From Gnetum montanum (taxonomy: Eukaryota > Plantae > Gnetophyta), in NCBI GenBank assembly GCA_015680685.1, contig MNCI01001903.1, positions 571,298-635,297 of the forward strand: a stretch of 64,000 nt of DNA, read 5' to 3'. The notes below the pieces were generated by a model. The model ran no database searches and was not told the DNA's origin. It saw nothing but the letters and a program-made list of their open reading frames with translations. The position numbers and the translations under genes are program-made. Shown here piece after piece: positions 23,173 through 36,960 of this stretch; position 1 is the first letter of the stretch, and every line of letters begins with the position of its first letter.

Positions 23173-26154
23173 GGAGGGGGGCATTCTGCATACGCGCCAA
23201 GTGGCGATCATGCAAGGGTAGTCATAAATGAAGTGGGTGAGCGTTTTAGATTTAATGTCGCAGCGTGGACACGTGGTGTCGTGCGTGATGTCGCACTGCT
23301 ATAGTACGGCACGCACGGGGAGTGCAGCAGATTTGATCAACCAGAGAAAGATTTTGACTTTCTCAAGGAGCCGCCCGCGCCAGATCTCCTGCCAGCTGTC
23401 TTCCGGGGGATATTTATGGGTCAGGATGTTGCGCGGCTCGAGGTGGATCCAGCCCATGCTCAGCATCCTCCACACGTGCCGACAAATGGTCTGCCAAGGT
23501 CTTGAATCGTGCGGGCCAGGTAGCCAAAGTGTGTACTTCCGGTGGGCGATGTAGGCCCACTGGCTACACTCCCCCCACGCACGAGTGAGCCGGTGGACCA
23601 GCTGTTACTATCCCATCGTGCACTCATCTTTGAAAGTCGTGACCCCCAGCCCCCCCACCTTACGAGGATGGGCCACACGGTGCCAGTTGACAAGATGGAG
23701 TTTGCTCCTCCTTTTGCCCCCCCGCCAAATGAAGCAGCGGATCATGGCGTTGATCTGGTTGATGATGGCCACAGGGGGCACAGCGACCGCCGCCACAAAG
23801 CATGTAGTGGCCGCAAGGATCCTAGTAGCTACGAGGAGGCGGCCCTTGCGTGTAAGAAAACGGTTTGCCCAGTGGTTGATGTGTTTCTCGAGCTTGGCCA
23901 GGAGGGGAGTCCAAGTATTGTTTCGTCCCCATTGGAATAACGGGATACCAAGGTAGGTATCGGTGAGCTTCCCGGTTTGAACGTTCAGGATTTGTGTAAC
24001 CCGGTGCTGCACCTGCAGGTCTACATTGATGAAGTACGCCGCCGACTTTGTGCGGTTGATTTTTAATCCTAATTCGGCGGCCAATCTGGTCAAAGCCAGA
24101 TTGATACACCGAGCCTGCGGGACCATTGCCTGGCTGAGAAGCATGGTATCGTCAGCATAGTGTTCAACACGGCAATCCACCCCCGCAATGTCCAGGCCCT
24201 TCACCCCCGAGGTGCTACAGTAAGATTGCATGAGGTCCATGGCAATGATGAAAAGCAAGGGGGACAGGGGGTCGCCTTACCTCAGACCTCTACTAGGGGA
24301 GGAAAAGCTCCACAACCGCCCCCCACGTCAAAAGAGAACCCAACGGAGGACTAGATATGCAGACATAATTGGATAAACCCCGGGTCAAAGCCTTTCCTAT
24401 GCATGATGTCATGTAGGGCGTTCCAGCTAAGCGTGTCATATGCCTTTGCTATGTCTAGCTTGAGACACAGACCAGGAAACCCCGTAGTACGGAGGGAATG
24501 AAGGACCTCTTGCATAAGAAGAACCTGATCCTGAAGAGTCCTCCCCTAGACGAAGCCCGCCTGATTACGTCCAACCAACTTAGGCAAGAGGGGTCTCAAC
24601 CAATTGACTAGGAGTTTGGAGAAGATGCGAATGAGAACATTGCACACACCAATGGGGCGAAAGTGCTCTGGGTGGTGTGCATTCAACTGTTTTGGGATGC
24701 AGATAATGCACGAGTAGTTGAGTTCGCGCCGTACTTGTCATTTGGCCAACATGACGTTGAAAGCATCCAGAAGATTGGGTTCCACAATATCCAAGAAAGC
24801 TCTGAAGAACTCCAGCGACCAATCGTCCGGTCCAGGCGCTTTACCTCCCGACATGTTGTTGATGGTGTTGGTCAACTCTGTCCCAGAGAAGGGGGCCAGA
24901 AGATGCTGATTGTTCGCAGCAGTGAGCACATTTTCCATAGGGACGGAGATGGGTTAGGTGGTGTTCTTGGTCCAAATGCGCCCCCAGTATCGTGAGAGCT
25001 CATTGGCGATCCCCTGCGAGTCATCAACCACCACCCTAGCCTAAGTACGGATGCTATGGATGTGGGTTTCGCCACGCGTCTTAGCCATGGCGAAGAAAAA
25101 TTTCGTATGTCGGTCCCCCTCGCGGTTCCATCTAATCTGGGATCGTTGCTGCTAATAGGTCTCCTCCTCGTGGTCTAGACTTTGGAGTTGATGGAGGAGG
25201 TGCATCTCCTCCGTGTGCAGGTCCTCCCTAGTCTTTTATTGTGCCTGGATGTGTCCTAGCCGCTCCCGAACCATCTTGTGGCCAGCCCAAAATGAAAACT
25301 TCTCCCCCACCGGGAGGGCTCGGATGGCCCACTTGAGCCTAAGAAGAGCTTCTTTGAGGAAGGTCCAAGGGTCCATCCGACCCGGTTGGTAATCGGCCCA
25401 GATGTCCTCCACCAGGGGACAAAGCCACGGCTTGGCAAGCCAAGTGGGCTTGAACCGAAAAGGGCGTGGGGCCCGGGGTGGAGGCGGGCCAATGGACACA
25501 ACCAGCGATCGGTGGTCAGAAGCAGCCCGCTCCTGCCCGGTCACGTTGATGGTAGTGCCAAGGAGGAGAGCAGAACTAACACAAATGTGATCAATGCAGG
25601 TGAGGACACGGTGCACCCCTTTCCTCCGGTTGCTCTAGGTGAAGTGGCAGTTTGCTATGGGTAGATCAACAAGAGACGAGCGCTCAAGGAACTCTATGAA
25701 ATCAGGCGCGCCTGGGGGGGGGGGCAGCCCCCCCAGATTTCTCCCAGGGGTACAAACACTGGTTGAAGTCACTGACAACCACCCAGGAGCCGTGATCAGG
25801 CACCAGCAAGGCCACCCGATTCAACTCCTGAAGCCGTGATTCCCAAGCCTGCGCCCCATAGAAGTTGGTCAACCAAAAACCATGGGCAGGGACGTGAACC
25901 ATGATGGTCCATGGGGAGACGTCCATAAGAGTGGTGGCGGGGTGCACAAGAATGGCCAGGCCTCCGGCCCGGCCCTGGCTGGGTTGTAGGTATGTGGTCC
26001 AGCCCGTCCACTGGAGGTGACCGGATTCCGCAGCCTGCAGCTTGGTTTCCTGTAGGCAAACCACATCATAATTCTCCTCTCTGACAATACAGCGTAGGGT
26101 ATTTTGTTTATAGGGGGTACCCTACCCTCTGCAATTCCAACTGAAAATCTTCAT
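23173..26154 (-). pseudogene. LINE ORF2: AP endonuclease, reverse transcriptase, zf-RVT (stops and frameshifts)
   Basis: MKIFSWNCRG at 26154; CLQETK; SDFN; IDH; SDH; KAPGPDD; LR*GDPLSP; YADD; HLVNW..GGLG; KVKIFLW...CPRC...THF. Confidence 0.95.
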
Positions 26155-26159
26155 GCGCA

Positions 26160-27400
26160 ACCAGAGGTGTGGCGTTGGTAGACCTCTCGTAAGGTCTGCT
26201 GTTGGCCCAAGTCGATGTGTCATTGGGTTTGTCGACTTCTGGATCGGGACTCAGTCGAGCGGCCTGGGCGCCCCTCCCCCTTGCGGACCACAGGGGTGCA
26301 GCCAGTTTCCTCAGCTGGGGACTGTGGTGCCTTGCGCTGTCTAGTCCGGGTGCTCCTCCGGACAATGTTGACCCATTCCCCCAGCGGGGGAAGCACTGGT
26401 TCCGGTTCATGTGGTTGTGGTTGGTGGGTGGGGGCTAGTGAGCGGGAGCGGTGGGGTGTCTTAATGGGGGATCTGTGGGTGGTAGTGGGNNNNNNNNNNN
26501 NNNNNNNNNNNNNNNNNNNNNNNNNNNNNNNNNNNNNNNNNNNNNNNNNNNNNNNNNNNNNNNNNNNNNNNNNNNNNNNNNNNNNNNNNNNNNNNNNNNN
26601 NNNNNNNGTGGGTGGGGTGGGTGGTTGGGAAGGGGGCGTAGTCGTCCCTTACAGCCCATAGTGATCCAATTGCCCTCCTCGAAAAGTTGGCGGGCCGAGT
26701 TATTCGATCAGGGCCTGTGAAAGCGACAGTTTGCCTCGCGGTGGCCCGGCTTACCATAGCATCCACATCCGACCGGCTGGTCCGTTCGGGGGACCTTGTC
26801 ATGCAGCGGCTGGTCCCAAGTATCCATGTTTTCATAGGTAATTTGGAGGGATTCCTCCCCCCTGGGAGTTCCAAAACGACCTCCCAGACGAGGTCGATCG
26901 TCGTTAGGTTTCGCCAAACACAGAAACGGGTAGAGCCCATCCGGTCCAGTGACCGTGTGACCCTGTCGAAGGCGATGAAATCGCCGAAGTGCCCTGCCAT
27001 CTCCTGCAAGAACTCAAGACTCCATAACTCCCACGGGATATCGGCCACCCAGATCCAGACTGGGGCGCGGGTAAACAGATTGGGTTCTCTGTGAGCGTCG
27101 GGGCGCCAGGGGGTCAATGCAAGACCATGGGCCCCATAGAACCAAGGCTCGCCAAGAAGGACGGAGTCGTGGGCTTGCAAGGAGGGGAGGACAAAGAGGA
27201 GCAGGTCCTCCGAAAGGCTCCGGACTGTAACGTCCTCGAATTTCCACTGCTCTTTGACCCAGCAGGGTATCAGGTCAAGCCGGGGACGGCTCCCCCGGGA
27301 GATGAAACGGTCGATGAGGCTCCGTTCCATGGTACGAACACCTTCGGTAGGTGGCAGATGCAAAGGCGCAGGGTGTTGTTGGAACGGGAATGAGCCTCCA
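26160..27400 (-). CDS. LINE ORF1 (DUF4283-type RRM-like protein), spans a gap
   Basis: LLLFVLPS...VLLGEPWFYGAHGLALTPWRP...APVWIWVADIPWELWS...MAGHFG. Confidence 0.85.
26490..26607. other. Assembly gap
   Basis: N run. Confidence 1.
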
Positions 27401-27419
27401 TGGTTCTGCCAGGTGCTGC

Positions 27420-27612
27420 GGCCGCGATGTCAGCCGTCGCGATGTCAGCCGTAGTCGCTGTTGTGGTTGTTGTAGCTATAGTCGCTGCCGTGGTTGCTGC
27501 CGTGGTTGCTACTATGGTCGCTGCTGCCGTCGTCATTGCTGCCGTAGTTGCTGCTGCTGTCGTGGTTGCTGCTGCCGTGGTCGCTGCTGCTGTCGTGGTT
27601 GCTGCTGCCATC
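27420..27612. repeat. GCA/ACCACG-type trinucleotide-derived low-complexity tract at the LINE 5' end
   Basis: (GCT)n-GCCGTGGTT units abutting the right TSD. Confidence 0.85.
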
Positions 27613-30600
27613 AAATTTTGAGGCTTTTAGATTGGTATTAGTTCTCTATTAGCTTCCTAGGTCAACACAGGATCATTGGAGGGCTAAATTAGCTATTTGG
27701 AGATCAAATTTGGGTAGCAAAAATGGGTTTTATGGGATTTCCCATTTGACTACGTTGGGCTAGTGTAGTCATGCATGGTGCTAAAGTATTCATGGGAAAT
27801 TTGGTGTTTTCAAGGCTAAAATGAAGTGGAATTGTAGCTAGATGGGGTGAAATAGGGTTCTGAGCTTCCTGAGTCAGTTTTGGGCCATTCTATATGGTAT
27901 ATTGCTAGTTGATGTTGCCAAAAAATAGGTTCCTACTGTGACTACACTGGGCTAGCATAGTCATAGGCCTTCCTAACATAGTCATGCATGGAAAATGAAT
28001 TTTGGTAAGTTTCTTTATCTAATTGACCATGTTAATGAACTCTCGAGGTCACTGTGCTACTAGCTAAGGTTTTAGTGTCAAAATTATTAGTTTTTGTGCT
28101 TGCTTTGGTGCTAGAATGGCCAAATACCTCTTGATTATGCTAGCATGTAATCCCCATCATAGTTAATAGGTTTTGAATGAAAAAAATGGATTTTGGATCA
28201 TTTCCCAAGGTTTCTAGGTCTCATCAGGGTCCACAAATGTTCTGGGTCTTCCAGGGATCGATTTTGACTATTTCTAAGTTGTTTTGGAGTTTTCCATTCT
28301 CTACACTAGTGACTATGTTGTCCCAGTGTAGTCATGCAGTTTCTAGTGTATTCATGAGATTTGGAGTGAAAAATAGTGAATTCTTGCTTAATTCCCCAAA
28401 TCTTATTATTGCAATATGCTCTAGTAAGGTCTTGTAGTTGGAAATGGTGTTCTAATGATTGGATTTGACTTTTTTTGGGTTCTAACATGTGAACTACACT
28501 AGGTAGAACTAGTGACTATGTTGGACCAGTGTAGACCTATATTTTTTAGCATAGTTGACATGTTTAGGATGGATAATGGTAAGTTTATTAGTCTTCATAG
28601 GCTTTAGTTCCAAGGTTGACAAAAAGTGGAATGGGGTTGTGATAAATTTTAACTAATTTTAGGTGGACTACACTGGGCACCACCAGTGACTACACTAGCC
28701 CAATCTATTCACACCATCCCTAGCATAGTTGGGATTGGGAAATGCTAAAAATGGGAAAAAGTGATAAGCTTTTTCTTGGCTTTCAGCTCTACTAGGTTTT
28801 GAGGTTCTTGAGAAGTGGGTTTGATTGGGAATTGACTTATTTCAAGATTTCTAGTTGGACTACACTGGGCACCACGAGTGCTACAATGACCCAATGTAGT
28901 CACCCTTGGGAAATGGGTTTTGGAATGGGTAATGCCTAATTTTTGCTTCTATCTATAGTCTGGTATGTTCCTAAGGTCTTTGGGGGTGGATTTGGGCTTG
29001 GAAGTGATTCATCTGAGGCTTTTGAGTGGACTACACTAGGCACCACTAGTGAGCTTTTGCATGGTTTTTTTGGTGGATTGGTTAGCAATCTAAGGTTACC
29101 AAGGATCTTGGGGAGGTGTGAAGGCTTCAAGATAAAGTTTTGAAAGTCTAGCATGTCATATATGGTTAATTCCACCCATCAACCCTATGACTACGCTAGG
29201 GCTAGCATAGTCACAAACTCCGTCTAGTGTAGTCACATGTTTTCATCACTTTTTGGCCTCATTCAGTGAATGTGACAAAGTTTTGAGGCTACTAAGAGCT
29301 CTAGCCGAGGTTTGAAAGGATGGCAAGAGAATTTGAAGTCGATTGGAGGCTGGGTGAGCTAGAAATGATTTATTCCATCCTTGACTATGTTGAGACAATG
29401 TAGCCATGCACCTACCTAGTGTAGTCACATCAAGAATCTAGTTTGTTACAAGATTTGATGTCATTCTTCTACCTGGTAACTACCAATCCCAACTCCCAAC
29501 TATTAGTATTGGTATAGAGCTTTGTGAGTCAATGTTTAGTGGGAATGGATTTATTAGAAGTAGGGAAATGTCTCACATCCCATTTAACTATGCTAGGCTA
29601 GTGTAGTTAGGCCTTGCATTAGCTTAATCTCATAGGCTACCAAGTTTTTTCATGAATTTGGATGTCCTATGCAACCTAGTTTACCCAAATGTCAACACTA
29701 GCTTGCCCAAATTAGTCATGAGGTTTTTAGCTTGGATGGAGGACTATGGGTTCAGCTTTAAAGGTGAATGGGACATGGCACTTATCCCAAGGATTCCATG
29801 ATTTTCAATCCTGAACGTAGTCAAGCTTGGAAGCCTAAAATCCCAGCATAGTCATGGGATTAAATTATTTTCCTAACGTCTAGTGGGGCCTACATAAAAT
29901 TGAAAATTTTAGAATAGAATGGATTTCTCACACCCAGTGTAGTCTAAGTTGCTAATTAAATCACTAAGTGAAGTGGGAGTTGCACATGGAAACCAGGGTT
30001 ACAAGATGGGCACTAAGGTTTAAGTGAATTTTTTGATGTTCCAAACTTGTAAAAATCATTGTTGCTTCCATCCTTCCTTATTGTTGTGCCCAAGATGAGA
30101 GCTCTATGCCTACCTCTATTGCTAACCCCAACATAGTCATAAGCATCCCATTGACTAGTGCCAATGTAGTTACCCCAGGCTTGTTAGAATCCAAAGGTTT
30201 CCTAGTACTTTCTATGCTAGCTTTCTATAGCATGAAGAACCTTGGAGGAGGTAGATGCAGCTACACATGGCCTATCAAACCTTCCTTGTCCCAAGATTGG
30301 AGAGGGTTCTATTATTTTTTTCCTAAGTACACATGTTTACCTATTTTTCCCATTTATTTCATGTATTTCATTTATTGGGTTTATGTCATGTATACCATTT
30401 CTTAGATCTAGGCTTGTGTGTTGGTTATTTTGGGATTTTGTAAAAATCACATTATAGGTTTATGTCATGTCTACTCATTTTCAATGTTACTTGGATTTTG
30501 GGTTTTTTTTTTCATTGTGGAATAAATGCTATTTTCAATTGATTCCATGGGTTTTTTTTTCTTTTTCTACCCAAAAAAGCAACAATACATGTGGATTTTT

Positions 30601-31699
30601 TCCTAAGTAAATGGATATTGTTTTTAATTTTCTAAGGCTATGGAGTTATTTTCTACAGTTTTATGGTCAATCTAATTTTTGAACTACTTAATTTCATCTT
30701 CCAGTTAATTTTTTATGGTTGTTTCTGTTGGCCTATGTTAAGTGGGTTTTCCATTTTTGGCTATTTTCTAGTGGGAATTTGGTATTTTTTGTATATTAAA
30801 TGGTGATGAATTTTTGAGTTTCAATATTACTAGTGTTTAGTTCATGATGCAAGGATTCCAATGGATGTGGAATCATTGAATTTGGATATATGATTTGCTT
30901 CCGGTGGGTGTTTTTGTTGACTTGCATGAAATGGGGTTATAGTTAGGATGGCCACAGTTAGGTAAAATTTATAATTTTTTCTTAAAAATTGGATGAGATT
31001 TTTTATGTTTTCTTATTATGGGATTTTAGTTCATGGTTTTTTAATTCCAACAATGGTGGAATCATTGAATTTTGTTGAGAGGTTAATGTTTTATGAACAT
31101 TTCCATAAGGTCATGTGAAATTAGGTTTTTAAGGCTATTATGCATTTACCCCTATGAAGATGAACAATGTTAAGACTTTGGAATATTTTTTCCATCAACA
31201 TCCCATGATCTTGTGGATAGGCTAAAGTGTTGGGAAGGGCTTCGAGGTTTTTTTGAGCAAATTAAAATTTTTTTAATATTTTTCCTTTACTACTTATTGT
31301 GATCATCCTCTAAAGTTTTGATGTTGTTGAAATTTGTGGAATTTTGGGTTATGAGCTTAGGTTATGTTTTGAAATTTTTCTAAGTATGAAATTCAACATG
31401 AAAACTGTAATTTTAGTTCTAGACTATCACTTTCATGTTTTTGGTTTAAAACTATCAATTTCATGATTTTAGTTGTAAATAGTCATTTTCACATTTTTGG
31501 TTTTAAATTGTCATTTCTGTTGAGTGTGGAGTATTTCATTTGATATTTTTCCTAAGTGTTGTTTTGCATGTTGAAGTGTTATTTGGTTGTATACATAGGT
31601 TTCCATGGTAATGTAATTGGTAATTGTAATGTTTTTGATGTTATGAAGCCTTAATTTTAGTTTATACAAGGTTATAACAACTATGCGCTAATGGTACAT

Positions 31700-34600
31700 A
31701 GCCTTCTTGAAGCCCATTTTAGTTGTCATAGAACTGGTTGGCATCATGTGTTGCATCCATGTGCCTAGTCCTAACACTCTACCCCTGACATAGAGTGGGA
31801 AAATCATTCACTATGGATCAAACCAAGGGCAAGGGAATTCCTGATCTATCTACTTCAGAACTTTAGTGTGATGATTTGGTAATACTTAGTTTCTAAAATA
31901 GTAGTAGTCATCATTGAGACAATTGTGCCTCGCTCCTCTAGCATGATCATCAAGTTTCTAGTTGAGGATCCTAAGGTTTCTGCATAGGGCAAAGCACATA
32001 ATGACACCACCACTGTGGGCACTCACAAACTATCAAATATTTGGGAGATGCTTAAATTCAGGTAGTACCACATGAATAACACCTTGTTGGTGGGCCATCG
32101 TGTGCACACTTTGTTCCAAAGCCCTCCAAGAACTATCTATCATATAGAGGGATATGCATAGTTGTTTATAATTTGCATTTTTAGTTTTATTTGTTATTTT
32201 TCTTTGGTTATGAAGTTATAACAAATTTTTTTATCTCACCTACCTATAGGTAGAAGGTAAATGATCAAGGATTGATCAAGGGTGACAACCTTTTATCCTT
32301 GGCCCAAACTACAATGGGGGTGTTCACCAAAAGCCCAATCATAAGGGTTGAGGTGATGGACCAATTAAAGGATGAGTTTGATAATTATATCAAATGTCAT
32401 CCTAAGGCTTACTGGAGGTGCCTAGCCAATCAAACCATCCATAGTGGATGGGAAAACCCATCCCAAGATACAAAATTAAATCCATCTCCTAGAGCCCCAA
32501 GGATCCCTTTGTCATTCAAGTAGAGTGAGTATATTATTTTTGTTGATTTTGGTTATCTCTAGTCATCTAGTTATTTAGTTTTTTGGTTGTTTAAATGGCT
32601 ATGGTAGTTCTAATTCTATTATATTTTTTATGTTTTGTATATGATGCACCTATGTCAAGACTAATGGATAGCTTTTGTTATGTGGTAGAAGTTATGCCAT
32701 CAGCTAGAGTGACTATAATCACTTCAAGATGAATTGAGGAGATGCTAATCCTCAAGTTTAGTGAGGTGGAACCTACCCAATATTAGTTGGTAGATCATGC
32801 ACCCAAGGTTGTCCAGGCAAGGATCGTTCATGCAAGTTTACTGAACATCTTCATGGCTCCAAGCCCTATTGTTCCCACTGCAGAAATGATTAACATCATT
32901 GACTCCTTAAGTAACGGAGCCAAGAGGTTCATTACATATGTTCACGATGTGACTATAACCTTGGATGTTAATGAGTCCGCCTTTTCTAACCTCTTTGGTG
33001 TTTCCAATGAGGGTATGATGATTGCCACCAAAGTAGGTAAGGAGGTGGATCACTAGAAGAAAGTTGAGGAGTGGTTAAACACTCATCGTGACCATAAGGG
33101 ATTCTCACTAAGCCAATTCCAAGTTTTAAAGGCTAGAGAGATGTATCCCCTATTTCGATCCCATGCATTTACAAAGTTTATTTCGTAGGGAAAGATAATG
33201 GATGTTGAGGAAGATTGAACTATGAAGAAGATGCTAACCGAGGGCTTCCAATTCAACTGGGCTACTCATTTGGTTTCTGGGCTACAAACTGAAATCCTAA
33301 AGCTCCATGAAATTCTCACAACAAAGTGTCATGTGCATTTTGCACTTTTTACAGCTTATCTATGAAGGTTTGTAGAGTTCCTCATGGTGAAGAAGGATGG
33401 ATGATGGGTGACACAAGATCCATCTCAACTCAATAGGCCTTAGATAAGGGACCTTGTTTAGACCATGCATGCCTAAGACCCATCGAAAGGTGTGGGTGAA
33501 TCACTATCTATCACCATAAAAAACTTTGGTAGGAAATGTTGTGCATCCCCTGATAGCATGGGGAGGGAGCCCCATATTGAGCACAGCAACATGGAAAAGG
33601 CTAAAGTTGTTTGCCAAAGCTGAAGGTTCAGCTAGAGCAAAAGTTACGAGGCCATTGGTTGATGAGACAACACAAGTTGTAGAGGAGCCCTTAAAGAGGA
33701 GACTGATTGTTAAGCTTAACTAGGTACAAGATGGGGTTAGAGGTACATTTTATTTGTTTTATTATTATTTTTAAAGTTATATTTTAAATTATGGCTTTGG
33801 CAAAATTTGCTAACTTATTCTATGTTTTGTGGTTGTTGTTGATGCAAACAAGCAATAGGAGTAACAAGCTGTTATAGCGGTAGCAGTAGTTGAGGTGGAA
33901 TGAAGGCATCAAGAGGTGGCAATAGTAGTTACTGATGTGGAACAAAGGCATTAAGAGAAGGAAGTAGTGAACATCATGAGGATGAGCATCTAGCCCATCC
34001 TCCTATGGATAATTTTGATGCTTTGTTTGAGGATTCACACTTAGTTGAACCTCTTACCATCACTTCGAAGGGCCTTTTAGTTACTTATCATTTTTTTACA
34101 TGTTATTATTTTTGGCCATGGTCATTAATTTTTGATTGCTTATTTTTCCTATTGTAGCTTTAGAGCCTCAAGCTGAAGCTTCCACCTCCACCTTCTGTAT
34201 GTAACCATGGGTGGATACCCTCAATAAGATTAAGTTCATGTAGGGCAAAGTTGAAGATATGATCAATTGGTTCCACTAGATAGCTCCAAAAGTTGGTAAG
34301 ATTTCTAATCCATTTTCCATTTTTGTTTACATGTTCTTGGTTTTTATTTCGTTTTTCATGGTTATATAATTTTTGATATTTTTAGATTTTTAGTTGTTTA
34401 TAGTTTTATGCATCTAATTTTGGGCTTGTTTGTTGTTCACAGTGCATAAGTTGAGATGGGATTTAAGTCATGTTGTAGAAATTGATGTGTTGCCTACTCT
34501 ACCTCCTGATGTGGAAAACATTCCACATAAGTTGTACAAGGGTGTCACTTCATGTGCACTCTCGTGTGCAAAATCTTTGTGGGAATGTAGACCCTCCAAT

Positions 34601-35500
34601 GAGTTCTTGTGGAAACAATTTATAGCACTAAGAAGGGAAAACAAGCAGTTGACTGAGGAGGTAAAGGACCTTAAGGATCGCAAGGAGTTCATGAAGGCCC
34701 AAGTGACCAATAGGAACGCCTTGTGCACCAAGGAGATCACTTGGGCATACTACTAGAACATTATTCATGGCAAGGTTGCCCTTGCTAAAGAGGTAGCAGA
34801 ATAGAAGATGCAGATTGATTTGATAAATCGCAAGGCTAGCAAATGGAAGGACTATTGTGCTTGGGGTCCTTGAGTGGGGCTAAGTACAAAAGGATCACAA
34901 AAGAAAACACAAGGCTAATTAGGATGCTTACCTCAAGTGATTGCAAGATGAATCTATAGAACAATGTTGATTGGAGCTGTTTATGAAGGGGATTGATGTG
35001 AAGGAAGTCTACAAGTTGTTTGTAGATACTATGGTTGTGGCTATCTCGCTTGTTCACCCAATGACTACTGCCTCAGGAGAGGTAACCACTAACACTTTCT
35101 TGCATGAGCCCCCTACATGGAGTGATGTCAACAAGAACAACATCCTCATGGGTGTTAATCTTTGGGACATAGACTAGGCCAACATGATTGAAGACCAACT
35201 TCTCCATTGTATAGAGGTTGGTCTTCAAACTTTCCCCACGTAGTATGCTGCTCTAGAACCCTCTTAGATATGTTTATTTTTAGTCTTGCTATGGTTTATT
35301 CTAGTTTTTATTAAGTTATTAAATTGATTTTATTATGCATTAATTACTAATTGACTTTATGTTATTATGTTACAAGCATCAGGTGATACCAGTAGCCCTA
35401 GCAATGAAGGTGGAAATGTTCCTCTGCCTCCTCCTCGAGCTACTCCCTAGTAGCATCCATTATCTATTTTCAATTGTTCTACTATTAACCACGTTTGATG
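31700..35500 (+). pseudogene. Multi-exon pseudogene antisense to the Tat/Ogre element (transposon-protein-like domain plus coiled coil)
   Basis: Coding-like blocks alternate with T-rich introns: AG 32249, GTGAGT 32525, GTACAT 33743, TGTAG 34157, GTAAGA 34296, CACAG 34442; TLDVNESAFSNLFGVSNEG and FNWATHL motifs; coiled coil near 34600-34900. Confidence 0.55.
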
Positions 35501-36216
35501 TTGATGTTGTTATGGCTAATGTTAGCCAAATATTTAGTTGTGAACAATTTCATTATTTATTTTTTATTATTTAAAAATTTTGCCACACCATGTAGCCATG
35601 GTTATTGTGTTGTAAACATTTTAATTTTAAGTTCAAGTTTCAATTTTGGTCATATCATTCTAGCGTTATGATTTTATTTATGTTATGTTATTATGGTTTT
35701 ATGTTATAACTGTGGTTTAAGGCTATGTTGGCTATCTTGGCTATAACGTTGAAAGATATTGAAACGGTTAGAATAGAAGACTATAGGCTAAAATAGGAAT
35801 AAGGTAAAATGATGTTTGCTAGTTTAAGGCAATGGCAGGCTCCAACAAGAAAAGAGGAATTTTGATCTATTTCATGTTTTATGATTTTTATGGAATTTTT
35901 GGTTTTAAAATATTTATGATTTTTATGTTTAAAGGATTCAAAAGTAAATGGAAAATGAGAGTAAACTCTAGGCTATGATGTTGTTGCCAATTTAAGGCCA
36001 TGGCAGGCCATGTAATAAAGGAAGACTTAAAATTTTTTATGGATTTTTTAAGTTTTAAAATTTTTATATTGTTTTTGTTTTTAAATAAAAAGAAAAGGAA
36101 GGCTTCAAAAGTAAAAATGCAAAGCCAAAATGAACTCTAGGCTAAATGCCAATCTAACTTTTACATAAGGCAAAGGTAAGATGTAAACTAAGCTAAAAGG
36201 TTATAAATACATATGG

Positions 36217-36960
36217 TTACATGATCATAGGTGCATGGGATAAGAGGACTAGGGGTACACATGACTTGTGCAAATGTTTTCTAATATTTAAGAGATTAGG
36301 AAATGTGTACAGTCTATTTTTCATAAGCTTATATTCCCCATCCCCTTCACTAATGATGTTAAAAGGAAGCTCCCTCCATGGTGCACCAACGAGTTCATTG
36401 TTGTTTATCTTGGCCTCTTTCACCACATCAATCTCTTCGATTTTGTGGCCAATAGCACGAGTTTCTTCCCAAAACTCCACTTCAAACTCCTATTCTACAT
36501 CGATGTTATTAACTACTAGGGGGATTATACTATCACCATGAATGATTATTTCACCTCCCTCATAAGGCAAGTGAATCTCTTAGTGGATAGGAGAAGACAC
36601 AACTTGTAATTGAGCTATCCAAGTCATTCCTAGGATAAGATTGAATCCTTATGTTTCCTCTACCACCAAAAAGTTTGTCATTATGGGGAATTGCTCTCCT
36701 ACCACAAAATCTAATAAGATGAAGTTGTCATGTCTTGCATTTGCTCTGTCAAGCCCAAATTCTCAACAATGGTATAAGGTATAACATTTGTCGCTACCCC
36801 ATTGTCAACATGCACCCTATGGACATTATATTATCCAACTCGTATGGTTATGAAAAGGGGTGCCTTGGTTACTTTGCCATTCTAGGGGTATGTCTTGATT
36901 TTTCTATCATGAAACACTAGTGATGTTGGTGTTATTACAACATGAATGGATTCTTAATTA
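36217..36960 (-). pseudogene. Protease region of Tat/Ogre element C
   Basis: RVHVDNGVATN near 36790-36825, LILGMTWIAQLQVVSSPIH; homologous to 780-1100. Confidence 0.75.

Larger units (their letters stand above)
21186..27612 (-). mobile_element. L1-clade LINE, GC-rich, with TSD and poly(A)
   Basis: TSD AAATTTTGAGGCTTTT at 21170-21185 and 27613-27628; T10 tract at 21182-21191; ORF1, APE, RT and zf-RVT motifs. Confidence 0.95.
20895..30300. repeat. Diverged ~190-bp-period array of GACTACGCT..AGCGTAGTC palindrome clusters, interrupted by the LINE
   Basis: Palindromes near 20919, 21112, 27748, 27940, 28132, 28311, 28514, 28688, 28880, 29189, 29383 and 29587. Confidence 0.8.

Noticed and set aside
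27270-27641. Ala/Thr-, Cys- and Val-rich ORFs
   Set aside because: Alternative frames of a trinucleotide-derived repeat
20895-30300. CRISPR-like appearance of palindromic repeats with spacers
   Set aside because: Eukaryotic TE context, degenerate repeats, ~170-nt spacers and no cas genes
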